64,000 bases of DNA, from assembly GCA_030832065.1 (NCBI GenBank), contig JAURJV010000058.1:6697-70696 (forward strand), read 5' to 3'. Shown here piece after piece: positions 1 to 8,272 of the stretch. This DNA is from Rhodoluna sp. (GTDB lineage Bacteria > Actinomycetota > Actinomycetes > Actinomycetales > Microbacteriaceae). The notes under the pieces are model-generated. The model was not told where the DNA came from. It worked only from the letters and a program-made list of their open reading frames with translations, and did no database searches. The position numbers were made by a program, and so were the translations under genes. The first letter of the stretch is position 1. Each line of letters opens with the position of its first letter.

Positions 1-378
1 TCTAGAAAGGTATGGGGTGCCAGATGCATCCAACCAAATTTCCCTGGCGTTTCCTGGATTTATACAGGTTGAACTCTTAGTTAGACCGGTGGCACTGAAG
101 CAAAGACTTGTTGATCCCGCTGGAACCTTAGCAATTCCCCACCAGCCATAACCATCTAGAGTTTCTAACCTCGAGATAGCCAGAGTTTCATTTACTGGAT
201 TGCTGATGGTTATTGCGGCATTGGTTGGCAGGGTTGGGTTTGGCACATGGACAACCAGATCAAAAGCTGGTTGGGTCAGGGCAGCTTGGCTTGAGTTAAC
301 GGCAACGATGCTGGTCAGAGCAGGAATCAAGATCGCTGTAAGCAGCGCGACTCTGATCCTGCGAATACCCGAACTCAT
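1..378 (-). CDS. Secreted protein, 5' part only (runs off window); possibly the N-terminus of a pullulanase/alpha-amylase
   Basis: Manual translation from ATG 378 is open to position 1: MSSGIRRIRVALLTAILIPALTSIVAVNSSQAALTQPAFDLVVHV...DGYGWWG...REIWLDASG. It has a Sec signal peptide and a TAGACT -10 six nt before the ATG. The product guess is weak. Confidence 0.6.
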   Translation of the reverse strand, partial: MSSGIRRIRVALLTAILIPALTSIVAVNSSQAALTQPAFDLVVHVPNPTLPTNAAITISNPVNETLAISRLETLDGYGWWGIAKVPAGSTSLCFSATGLTKSSTCINPGNAREIWLDASGTPYLSR

Positions 379-445
379 AACCGAAGTCTACTTAGCGTGT
401 CTGGGAAAATACTGAATAAAACTTTTGAGCAGTTAAACTAATGAA

Positions 446-1552
446 ATGTCTGAGCTTGACCTAACCAGCGAAATCAAGCAAGTCCGTGCCACCCTGAGCA
501 CAATTGTTGCGGTGCTAGACATCCCAAGCCTGCAGGCCCAAATAGCAGAGCTTCAGGAATTGGCTCAAAATCCAAATATCTGGGACAACCCAGAGCAAGC
601 CCAAAAGGTGACCAGTAACCTCTCTAGAACACAGGCTCAGGTTCGAGGTATTCAGGAGTTTGAGCAGCGGTTGTCTGATTTGGAAGTACTCATTGAATTA
701 GCCAACAGTGAAGCTGACACGGTGGTTTCTCAAGAGGCCGTGAAAGAGCTTAAAGACTTAGAGGCAAAGTTAGCCGAACTTGAAATTCAGACTCTGCTGA
801 ACGGGGAGTATGACTCCAGATCTGCCATTATGACTATTCGTTCCGGTGCTGGTGGGGATGACGCCACCGACTTTGCTGAAATGCTGATGAGGATGTATCT
901 GCGTTACGCAGAGAAGCAGGGTTGGCGGACCCAGGTTTTGGATACTTCTTTTGCTGAAGGTGCTGGAATTAAGTCGGCAACCATTGAGATTGATGAACCT
1001 TACGCATTCGGGCAACTTTCGGTAGAAGCTGGAACCCATCGACTGGTCAGAATGAGTCCGTTCAATGCCGCTGGTAAAAGGCAAACCAGTTTTGCTGCTG
1101 TTGAAATAGTTCCACTTATCGAGCAAACCGATGTAATTGAAATTCCTGAGAATGAAATCAGAATTGACGTATTTAGATCATCAGGGCCAGGCGGTCAGTC
1201 GGTGAATACTACGGATTCTGCGGTTCGTATCACCCACCTCCCGACGGGAATTGTGGTCAGTTGTCAAAATGAAAAGTCGCAGTTACAAAATAAAGCTGCC
1301 GCCATGCGCGTGCTGCAGAGCCGGTTGCTGGAACTCAGACGCAGCGAAGAGGACGCCAAGAAGAAACAGTTGGCTGGAGATGCAACCGCATCTTGGGGAG
1401 ACCAGATGCGCTCCTATGTTCTCGCTCCGTATCAAATGGTTAAAGATCTGAGAACTAACTTTGAAGTTAATAATCCTGATGCGGTTTTTGACGGTGATCT
1501 CGCTGGGTTTATCGCTGCTGGTATCCGTTGGCGTAAAACTGGGGAAAAATAG
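446..1552 (+). CDS. prfB: Peptide chain release factor 2
   Basis: SPF anticodon-mimic motif (RMSPFN) and GGQ motif (GPGGQSVN); lies upstream of ftsEX-smpB. Confidence 0.98.
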   Translation: MSELDLTSEIKQVRATLSTIVAVLDIPSLQAQIAELQELAQNPNIWDNPEQAQKVTSNLSRTQAQVRGIQEFEQRLSDLEVLIELANSEADTVVSQEAVKELKDLEAKLAELEIQTLLNGEYDSRSAIMTIRSGAGGDDATDFAEMLMRMYLRYAEKQGWRTQVLDTSFAEGAGIKSATIEIDEPYAFGQLSVEAGTHRLVRMSPFNAAGKRQTSFAAVEIVPLIEQTDVIEIPENEIRIDVFRSSGPGGQSVNTTDSAVRITHLPTGIVVSCQNEKSQLQNKAAAMRVLQSRLLELRRSEEDAKKKQLAGDATASWGDQMRSYVLAPYQMVKDLRTNFEVNNPDAVFDGDLAGFIAAGIRWRKTGEK

Positions 1553-1610
1553 GCAACACGCGAGCCCGAAGGGCGAAGTTCTCAGGTTGGCAATTTAGGC
1601 TAAAAACCTA

Positions 1611-2300
1611 ATGATTTCAATCAATCAGGTAACCAAACAATATAAAGGTGCGCCACGGCCCGCCTTAGATCAGGTTTCCCTGGAAATTGATAAGGGCGAG
1701 TTTGTCTTCCTGGTCGGAGCTTCGGGCTCAGGAAAGTCCTCGCTGATGAGAATGATTCTGCGTGAAGATGTTCCAACCAGTGGCAGCATTCATGTCTTGG
1801 GTGAGAATCTGATCGGCATCCCGAACCGCCGGGTTCCACATTTCCGGCGCAGTCTCGGAGTAGTTTTTCAAGACTTCAGACTGCTACCTAACAAGACGGC
1901 AGCGCAAAACGTTGCGTTCAGTTTGGAAGTCATTGGAAAGTCAGCAGGCTTTATTGCCGAAGCTGTGCCAGATGTCCTAAGGCTGGTCGGTCTAGAAGAA
2001 AAAGCTAGTTCGCTGCCGAGTGAACTAAGCGGTGGTGAGCAGCAGCGAGTAGCACTGGCTCGGGCAATCGTTAATAAGCCAGCAATATTGTTAGCCGATG
2101 AACCAACCGGAAACCTTGATCCGAACACTTCAGCAGGGATCATGGCGCTGCTGGATCGAATCAACCTAGCTGGAACCACCATTGTCATGGCTACCCACGA
2201 TGTCGGGATTGTTGACAAGGGTCGGAAACGAGTCGTTGAGCTTTCCCAAGGGAAAATAGTTCGTGACGAACGAGGCAGCGGGTACGGAGTTAGCAAATGA
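1611..2300 (+). CDS. ftsE: Cell division ATP-binding protein FtsE
   Basis: Walker A GASGSGKS, VVFQDFRLL, LSGGEQQR, LADEPTGNLD; followed by ftsX. Confidence 0.96.
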   Translation: MISINQVTKQYKGAPRPALDQVSLEIDKGEFVFLVGASGSGKSSLMRMILREDVPTSGSIHVLGENLIGIPNRRVPHFRRSLGVVFQDFRLLPNKTAAQNVAFSLEVIGKSAGFIAEAVPDVLRLVGLEEKASSLPSELSGGEQQRVALARAIVNKPAILLADEPTGNLDPNTSAGIMALLDRINLAGTTIVMATHDVGIVDKGRKRVVELSQGKIVRDERGSGYGVSK

Positions 2301-3211
2301 GAGCAAACTTCGTTTTCACCGAAATGGGAATTGCAATCAGGCGAAACCTGAGCATGATCATCTCGGTTATCTTGGTGACCTTTATATCTCTTACCTTTGT
2401 TGGCACTGCTGGCCTGCTGCAGCAACAGATTTCTTCGATGAAGACCTACTGGTATGACAAGGCTCAGGTAGCCATATATTTATGTACTAAAACTTCACCT
2501 CAGGATGTCTGCCCGCAAGGTGAAGCAAGTAAAGATGTTAGAAACACCATTACCTCAAGGTTGGACTCAGGCACCCTAAAGCCTTACATCGAACAGTATT
2601 ACTTTGAAAACCACGATGAAGCATATAAAACCTTTATTAAAGAGTTCAAAGACAATGCTGTCGCTAAGTATGTAACACCGGCTCAGCTCAACGAGACTTT
2701 CTGGGTTAACCTGAAGGACCCAAACCAGGCTCCAATCATCATTGAAAGCTTCACCGGCCTCAGCGGGGTTGAAGAAGTCAAAGACCAGCGCAGTTACCTT
2801 GATCAGATTTTCGCCATGCTCAACATCGCCAGTTTGGCGGCTATATCCATTGCCGGTTTGATGCTCTTCTCAGCTGTGTTACTTATTTCAACAACAATCA
2901 GGCTCTCCGCCGTCATGCGTCGCAGGGAAATCGGCATCATGAGGCTTGTGGGGGCTAGCAATTTCTACATCCAGCTTCCATTCATTCTGGAAGGTGTAGT
3001 TGCTGGTGTTCTGGGTAGCCTGCTTGCCGGAGGAGCAATATTTGCCTTGGTCCAGTTCTTTGTTCAAGGCTTCCTAGCTCAACAATTGCCGTTTACTAGT
3101 TTCGTTGGACTTGGTGACGCTTGGACACTTCTACCTGGCTTGCTTGGCCTGGGTGCTCTCTTAGCTGGGCTTGCTGCCTTCACCTCTATCAGAAGATATT
3201 TGAAGGTCTAG
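2297..3211 (+). CDS. ftsX: Cell division permease FtsX
   Basis: N-terminal TM, extracellular loop, RRREIGIMRLVGAS motif; ATGA overlap with ftsE. Confidence 0.95.
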   Translation: MRANFVFTEMGIAIRRNLSMIISVILVTFISLTFVGTAGLLQQQISSMKTYWYDKAQVAIYLCTKTSPQDVCPQGEASKDVRNTITSRLDSGTLKPYIEQYYFENHDEAYKTFIKEFKDNAVAKYVTPAQLNETFWVNLKDPNQAPIIIESFTGLSGVEEVKDQRSYLDQIFAMLNIASLAAISIAGLMLFSAVLLISTTIRLSAVMRRREIGIMRLVGASNFYIQLPFILEGVVAGVLGSLLAGGAIFALVQFFVQGFLAQQLPFTSFVGLGDAWTLLPGLLGLGALLAGLAAFTSIRRYLKV

Positions 3212-3252
3212 CCGTTAGACTATAGGGCTGTCCCTGTAATCAAGGAGTCCAA

Positions 3253-3726
3253 GTGCCTAGAGAACGTGGCGAGAAAATCGTTGCCACCAATCGTAAAGCC
3301 CGACACGACTATGCAATAGAAGATGTGTTCGAGGCTGGCATTGTCCTAACCGGAACAGAAGTGAAATCGCTCCGAGCTGGCCGAGCCAGTCTGGTTGACG
3401 GTTTTGCCAGTGTTGACGGTGGGGAAGTCTGGCTAGAAAACGTCCATATCCCTGAATACACAGAGGGAACTTGGAATAACCACAACACCAGACGTAAACG
3501 CAAGCTTCTGCTGCACCGTGAACAGATCGATAAGTTAGCCGGCAAAGTAAACCAGTCTGGTTTCACCCTGGTACCTCTTTCCCTCTACTTCAAAGACGGT
3601 AAAGCCAAGGTTGAGATAGCTCTGGCCAAGGGTAAGCGTGCCTACGATAAGCGCCAGGCTCTTAAAGAGCAGCAGGATAAGCGCGAGGCTGATCGAGCCA
3701 TGTCCACTAAAGGTAAAGACTGGTAA
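3253..3726 (+). CDS. smpB: SsrA-binding protein SmpB
   Basis: [25 protein letters not shown] motifs; directly upstream of tmRNA. Confidence 0.98.
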   Translation: MPRERGEKIVATNRKARHDYAIEDVFEAGIVLTGTEVKSLRAGRASLVDGFASVDGGEVWLENVHIPEYTEGTWNNHNTRRKRKLLLHREQIDKLAGKVNQSGFTLVPLSLYFKDGKAKVEIALAKGKRAYDKRQALKEQQDKREADRAMSTKGKDW

Positions 3727-3821
3727 TTTGGGGAATAAACCCCAATCCACTCTGGTTTATGTCACTGGATAGCTTTATAGTTATCTAGCCCTCACAAAGG
3801 GTAATTTGGTAATTCAATAAT

Positions 3822-4195
3822 GGGGATGATCGGTTTCGACAAGGCTTTTCGAAGCGAAATGAAGCGGGTCGAGAATGCAGAGTTATCTCGTAAACTCCCT
3901 CTGCAAACTATAGGTGCCAAATCTAATAGCACCGACTTCGGCCTAGCTGCTTAATAGCGCTACCTGAAGTCCGTTAGTCCAACATTAGATTTCGTGTTGG
4001 GTACTAGCGTCATCTAGAAATCTAGCTGCGCAGTTACGCCTTAGGGCTGTGTGGGACTTTTACTCAGGCTGGGTCAGTCGGTTTAGTTGCTTTACGCAAA
4101 TTCCGTGACCGAGTAAAGCGTCTAGTAAAGCTACACCCGTAGAAGAGTTCGGTTCCAAGTCATGGACGGGGGTTCAATTCCCCCCATCTCCACCA
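3822..4195 (+). ncRNA. ssrA: tmRNA; tag reading frame 3916-3954 encodes AKSNSTDFGLAA*
   Basis: 5' GGGGATGATCGGTTTCGAC and 3' GGGGGTTCAATTCCCCCCATCTCCACCA tRNA-Ala-like ends; internal tag ends in LAA-stop; adjacent to smpB. Confidence 0.97.
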
Positions 4196-4198
4196 AAA
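4144..4198 (+). repeat. Direct repeat copy 1 (tmRNA 3' end, att-like)
   Basis: agagttcggttccaagtcatggacgggggttcaattccccccatctccaccaaaa recurs at 5587-5641 with 2 mismatches. Confidence 0.93.
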
Positions 4199-4238
4199 TA
4201 CTTTTACCCAGGCCTAAACAGTCTGGGTAAAAGTATTT
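4196..4238. terminator. Long inverted repeat / probable terminator after tmRNA
   Basis: aaatacttttacccag (4196-4211) and ctgggtaaaagtattt (4223-4238) are a perfect 16-bp inverted repeat. Confidence 0.7.
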
Positions 4239-4316
4239 AAGGGCTACCTGTCAGATTTAACTGTGGTTGCAACATAACCTGATAGGTAATACGGACTCGG
4301 GATGGTGGGGAGCTAT

Positions 4317-4808
4317 ATGGATGAGCAAGCTTTCGTCAGCCTATTTCGTGACCATTTACAAGACGTATCCAAATACCTTGTCCGTCGAGTAAGTGCTAAC
4401 CAGGTCGAAGATTTAGCCAGTGATATTTTTGAAATAGCCTGGCGTAAACGTGCCGATTGCCCAGAGGGTTTCGAACTTCCTTGGCTTTATCGAATCGCAG
4501 GTTATGTTTTGGCAAATCATCGTCGCAAGGCAGAGAATAGATCGGTCCACCTGTCACTCTTGGACAGTGACAAAACCTCTCCAAGTGCTGAGACTTTGGC
4601 GCTTGATGGTTCAGAACTTTCACTTGCATATCAGAAATTGGGGTCGTCTGATCGACAAATCCTCAGCCTGGTTGTTTTTGATGGCTTGACAATTACTGAG
4701 AGTGCGATTGCACTCGGAATCACTGCCAATACTGCGAGCCAGAAACTAAAAAGGGCTAGAGCAAGATTGGCAAAAGAACTAATTCAACTTATGTCAGAAA
4801 ACGACTAG
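4317..4808 (+). CDS. ECF-family RNA polymerase sigma factor
   Basis: Region 2 (VEDLASDIFEIAWRK...LPWLYRIA) and region 4 HTH (LTITESAIALGITANTASQKLKRARARL). Start set to ATG 4317 behind GGGGAG; the ORF track starts at 4302. Confidence 0.9.
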   Translation: MDEQAFVSLFRDHLQDVSKYLVRRVSANQVEDLASDIFEIAWRKRADCPEGFELPWLYRIAGYVLANHRRKAENRSVHLSLLDSDKTSPSAETLALDGSELSLAYQKLGSSDRQILSLVVFDGLTITESAIALGITANTASQKLKRARARLAKELIQLMSEND

Positions 4809-4826
4809 GAAAGACATTTACCTGTT

Positions 4827-5522
4827 ATGAACGAGAAAATTGAGAAAGATGAACTGCTGAACAAACTTAGGCAGTCAGCTAAAAATCCTAATGCGCCGAT
4901 TTTGTCGGAAGAAATTCTTTTTGCGGCAACTAAATCTGAGCAAAGATTCGGACCAAGGAAGCTTCACACTCCAAAGATTATTTTGAATCTAGTTGGCGGC
5001 GCAGCCGTTTTGGCCGCGGTCTTCGCACTGACCTTGAATCCCTCGCAGACAGACATTCTGAAAGATTTGGAACCCAATGGGACCTCCGGAAGTGCAAGTA
5101 TTGCTATGGGCAACTTCATTTTCACAGAAGAAGAGTTATTGGTTAGCCAGAAGCTAAATCTTGCTTATTGGGGCCAAAAAGCGGTTGGCAACTATGTCTC
5201 AAATAGTCCAGAGACGTATGTTGACAATCTTTGGTCTGGACAACAGGCTTATTGGATTTTTGTTGTCGCAGATGGGGTCTACATGCCAAATGAACGCTCT
5301 GCTGAAATTCGTAATATGTTCAAAGCTGAAAATTTAGATCAATTTAGCGGCGAGTTAACCAAGGACTCGACTGTCCGAGGAATTAAATTCCTAATCCAAG
5401 AACAAGGTGTCGGTGGAGCGCTTTATCCATTGGTGGTCAAGGAAGCCCAGGAGAGCAGTTTTTATCAGCAAGTTCGGGACATTATGCTCTCAGATACTTA
5501 CACTCAAATTCCTTTGAACTAA
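4827..5522 (+). CDS. Single-pass membrane protein, putative anti-sigma factor
   Basis: Short soluble N-terminus, one TM (IILNLVGGAAVLAAVFALTL), extracytoplasmic C-terminus; directly follows the ECF sigma. Confidence 0.65.
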   Translation: MNEKIEKDELLNKLRQSAKNPNAPILSEEILFAATKSEQRFGPRKLHTPKIILNLVGGAAVLAAVFALTLNPSQTDILKDLEPNGTSGSASIAMGNFIFTEEELLVSQKLNLAYWGQKAVGNYVSNSPETYVDNLWSGQQAYWIFVVADGVYMPNERSAEIRNMFKAENLDQFSGELTKDSTVRGIKFLIQEQGVGGALYPLVVKEAQESSFYQQVRDIMLSDTYTQIPLN

Positions 5523-5586
5523 AGCTCGCTCAGTACTTGATTATCTAAATCAACTTCGCCCCCCTGTATCTAACTAGATTCTTGGG

Positions 5587-5641
5587 AGAGTTCTGTTCCA
5601 AGTCATGGACGGGGGTTCAATTGCCCCCATCTCCACCAAAA
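5587..5641 (+). repeat. Direct repeat copy 2 (displaced, decayed tmRNA 3' end)
   Basis: 53/55 identical to 4144-4198; the C-to-G change at 5623 breaks the T-stem pair next to the T-loop. Confidence 0.93.
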
Positions 5642-5645
5642 CACT

Positions 5646-5673
5646 AAACCCACGCAAGTGGGTTTTTTGTTTT
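5646..5673 (+). terminator. Intrinsic terminator, probably the original ssrA terminator
   Basis: aaacccac-gcaa-gtgggttt hairpin followed by a T-run, right after the displaced tmRNA end. Confidence 0.8.
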
Positions 5674-5743
5674 AACTACAGAGGAAAGTTGCTCCTCTCG
5701 TCTAGGCTTAAACCGAACATTCCCCCTCGAAAGGAATTAAGTA

Positions 5744-6565
5744 ATGTCAGAAAAGAAACAAGCCAAGTTAGCTAAGAAGACCAGCGAACGCGGCCTAACT
5801 ATCTACAACATCGCGGCAGGAACCCTCCACCTTGTGGTCGCTGCCATCGGTATCTGGCTGCTAATGCAGCTGGACACTCAGCCAAACTTCCCAGTCACTG
5901 CTGACTGGATGACCGGCCCTCCAGGATCTCCACTACCTAGAGACCACGTGGTTTTATTTGATATCAACCTAGGTGGAGCTATCGTAGCTTTCCTTTTGAT
6001 GTCAGCTTTCTTCCACTACCTAATCGTTTCGCCACTATTCAAGCAGCGTTACTTCAACGGCCTAAAGAACAACCACAACTACTTCCGTTGGACTGAGTAC
6101 TCAATTAGCTCATCAACCATGATTGTTGCTATTGCTCTGCTCTGTGGTTTCTCAGACTTTGCTGCTCTGATTGCCATCTTCGGTGTGAACGCAAGCATGA
6201 TTCTTTTCGGTGCTTTGCAGGAGAAGTATGAGACACCTGGAAATGGTAAGGCTCTGCCTTTCATCATGGGTTGTATGACCGGTATCGTTCCTTGGATCAT
6301 TATCATCGTGGGAACTCTCCAGCCAGGTAAATCTGCTGAAAACGCAGCTGAAGTGCCGGGTTTCGTGATTGTCATTATTGCGACCATCTTTATTGCCTTC
6401 AATACTTTTGCGGTAAACCAGGCATTGCAGTATCGCAAGGTAGGCAAGTGGGCCGACTACATGTTCGGTGAGCGTGTCTACATCACACTTAGCTTTATTG
6501 CTAAGTCATGGTTGGCTCAGCAGGTATTTGCTGGTGCAATCATTCCGATGCTGACAAACCAGTAG
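5744..6565 (+). CDS. heR: Heliorhodopsin (HeR)
   Basis: Seven hydrophobic segments and a basic N-terminus. Motifs: TM1 His29, GPPG loop, SAFFH, NYFRWTEYSISSS (Glu118 counterion), LQEKY, GERVYITLSFIAK (SxxxK, retinal Lys254). Confidence 0.95.
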   Translation: MSEKKQAKLAKKTSERGLTIYNIAAGTLHLVVAAIGIWLLMQLDTQPNFPVTADWMTGPPGSPLPRDHVVLFDINLGGAIVAFLLMSAFFHYLIVSPLFKQRYFNGLKNNHNYFRWTEYSISSSTMIVAIALLCGFSDFAALIAIFGVNASMILFGALQEKYETPGNGKALPFIMGCMTGIVPWIIIIVGTLQPGKSAENAAEVPGFVIVIIATIFIAFNTFAVNQALQYRKVGKWADYMFGERVYITLSFIAKSWLAQQVFAGAIIPMLTNQ

Positions 6566-6583
6566 TAATTTAGGTTCCAAAAA

Positions 6584-6613
6584 GTGATGCCGCACCTTCG
6601 GGTGCGGCATTGC
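6584..6613. terminator. Probable bidirectional terminator between convergent heR and hicB-like genes
   Basis: gtgatgccgcacc-ttcg-ggtgcggcattgc hairpin with a UUCG loop. Confidence 0.8.
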
Positions 6614-6616
6614 CAT

Positions 6617-6997
6617 TTAATCGATTAGCTGGGCAACGCGTTGGGGGGAGACCCCGAGTAGTACTGCGATGTCTCGCATGGTTAGCCCTTCATCGCGCAT
6701 TCGGCTGACCACATTGCGGATCTCTAGGGAAGCTTCCTCTTGAAGTTTTTGAGCCTCAAGCATCTTGAACTTGGCTGCCTCTAGGTCACAGATTATCCCG
6801 GGCAGTTCTGCCTCAACTTTGATGACTACTTCGCAAACCTCAGGGCTACCCTTTTGTTCAGCAAGGGTTTTGATCTTTTCCAGAATTATTTCTTTGCACT
6901 GGTCTAGGCGTTTAGCAGTTACTGTGAAGCCTTCAGGGCCAGCGACCTCCGCGGTCCAGCCTTCGCTGGTCCTCTCGGCGTGGACCTTTACTTCCAT
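6617..6997 (-). CDS. HicB-like antitoxin / HTH regulator (orphan)
   Basis: N-terminal HicB-like segment (AERTSEGWTAEV...TAKRLDQ) and C-terminal HTH (LTMRDIAVLLGVSPQRVAQL); AGGAGG SD at 7010-7005. Confidence 0.7.
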   Translation of the reverse strand: MEVKVHAERTSEGWTAEVAGPEGFTVTAKRLDQCKEIILEKIKTLAEQKGSPEVCEVVIKVEAELPGIICDLEAAKFKMLEAQKLQEEASLEIRNVVSRMRDEGLTMRDIAVLLGVSPQRVAQLID

Positions 6998-7019
6998 GAA
7001 AATGCCTCCTGCGACACGC

Positions 7020-7068
7020 TTTAGTAAAGGGGTACTTGACTAATTTAGTCAAGTGGTGCTTTACTAAA
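7020..7068. promoter_or_regulatory. Twin palindromic operators TTAGTMAAG-N5-CTTKACTAA
   Basis: ttagtaaag-gggta-cttgactaa (7021-7043) and ttagtcaag-tggtg-ctttactaa (7045-7067); minus-strand TATACT -10 at 7077-7072. Confidence 0.75.
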
Positions 7069-7103
7069 CAAAGTATAAATCAACACACTAATAAAAGGAA
7101 TAC

Positions 7104-7511
7104 ATGGACATCGCAATAATCATCGCAACCCTAGCTGTAGCTGGCTTTACCTCTTTCGCCTTCGTCAAGGCTGGAATGCACAAACTTAGAACTCCTGACG
7201 CCAAACTGATCGAAGGCGGCTGGGGCTGGGTCAAATCAGCACCTAAAGGCACCACTAAGTTCATCGGCGTTGCCGAAGTGCTCGGTGGCCTTGGCGTAAT
7301 TCTTGCTCCAGTTGCTGTCACAGTTTTTAACTTTGACTGGGCCCTACCACTGGGCATCGCAGCAGGTGCTGGATTGGTGACAATTATGGTGCTAGCCAAC
7401 CTAGTTCACATCATCCGCAAGGAAATCAAATACACCTGGAAGATGGGAGTTCAGATTCTGCTGGTAGCAATACTGGTGACTGTGCTTCTTAGCATTTACC
7501 CGACCGCTTAA
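7104..7511 (+). CDS. DoxX-family membrane protein
   Basis: F..AG..KL and FIGVAEVLGGLGVILAP patterns, His in LVHIIRKE, four TMs; AAGGA SD. Confidence 0.8.
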   Translation: MDIAIIIATLAVAGFTSFAFVKAGMHKLRTPDAKLIEGGWGWVKSAPKGTTKFIGVAEVLGGLGVILAPVAVTVFNFDWALPLGIAAGAGLVTIMVLANLVHIIRKEIKYTWKMGVQILLVAILVTVLLSIYPTA

Positions 7512-8272
7512 CCGCGACGGATTACTCCAGCCCTGATGGCTGCTCGGTTCAGAGTGGCGATCAGGGCTGTTCCAGTTAACAGGACCAGCACCGAGGTGGT
7601 TACTGCTCTACCGATATCCCAGAAGAAACCACCGGTAACTAATTCGTATTGGAAGAACCGGACTAGGTTGTCAAGAATTGGATCTCCTGCAACATAACTT
7701 ATCGAAGTTCCAGTTCCAGCCAGGTATGGCCAGTTCCATAACGTCATCAGTGAACCATAGAAGAAGCTAGAGATGATGCTGTAGAGGACGAGGTAAAGTT
7801 TGGAAAGATTCTTATTGCTGCTGTGTGGGATGGTTCCAGCACCTAGGCCAACCAGGCCAACACCCATCATTTGAAAAGGCAGCCATGGACCAATACCACC
7901 GGTAAGTAACGCAGAGACAAAAATGGAACTTGCACCGAGAATGAATCCAAATCCACTTCCAAAAACGTAAGCGGCCAGAATAACTAGGAAAAATGCAGTC
8001 TCTATACCAGCGGTTCCTGCGCCAAGTAAACGAATCACTGCATTTAGCGCTATCAACACTCCAAGTAGAGCTAGTTGTCTCGAACTTATTTCGCCAGTTG
8101 CAAACTCAAGCAGCACTAGTAGCAGAGTCAAAGGCATCAAAACTATGAAGACAGTCTGAGCGGTAGTTGCCTCGGAGACGCTGCTACTGGCTATGAAAAG
8201 TGGCCAGCTAAACATCAAGAGGCTGGCAACCCCTGCAATCGTGACGCTCAATCGAGAAACTAAATTCTTCAC
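7508..8272 (-). CDS. ECF transporter S component (CbrT-like, cobalamin)
   Basis: LALLGVLIALNAVIR, GFGFILGA and GGIGPWLPFQM motifs; last gene of a B12-riboswitch operon. Confidence 0.85.
   Translation of the reverse strand: MKNLVSRLSVTIAGVASLLMFSWPLFIASSSVSEATTAQTVFIVLMPLTLLLVLLEFATGEISSRQLALLGVLIALNAVIRLLGAGTAGIETAFFLVILAAYVFGSGFGFILGASSIFVSALLTGGIGPWLPFQMMGVGLVGLGAGTIPHSSNKNLSKLYLVLYSIISSFFYGSLMTLWNWPYLAGTGTSISYVAGDPILDNLVRFFQYELVTGGFFWDIGRAVTTSVLVLLTGTALIATLNRAAIRAGVIRRG

Larger units (their letters stand above)
4199..5641. mobile_element. Integrase-less genomic islet at the tmRNA 3' end (~1.44 kb) carrying ECF sigma and putative anti-sigma
   Basis: Flanked by 55-bp direct repeats of the tmRNA 3' end; visibly more AT-rich than the flanks; no integrase ORF inside. 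Confidence 0.75.

Noticed and set aside
446-1552. Programmed +1 frameshift in prfB
   Set aside because: The ORF is continuous with no internal CTT-TGA site, as is usual in Actinobacteria.
5587-5641. A tRNA gene or second tmRNA
   Set aside because: Only the 3' end is present, with a broken T-stem. It is an att-like duplicate.
5744-5754. Third TGTCAGA copy at the heR start as a sigma target
   Set aside because: It is simply the ATG-TCA-GAA codons, lies inside the CDS and lacks the ACAT element.
7020-7068. Palindrome as a dif/Xer site or CRISPR repeat
   Set aside because: It does not have the 11-6-11 dif layout and there are no spacers. Its position between -10 and SD fits operators.
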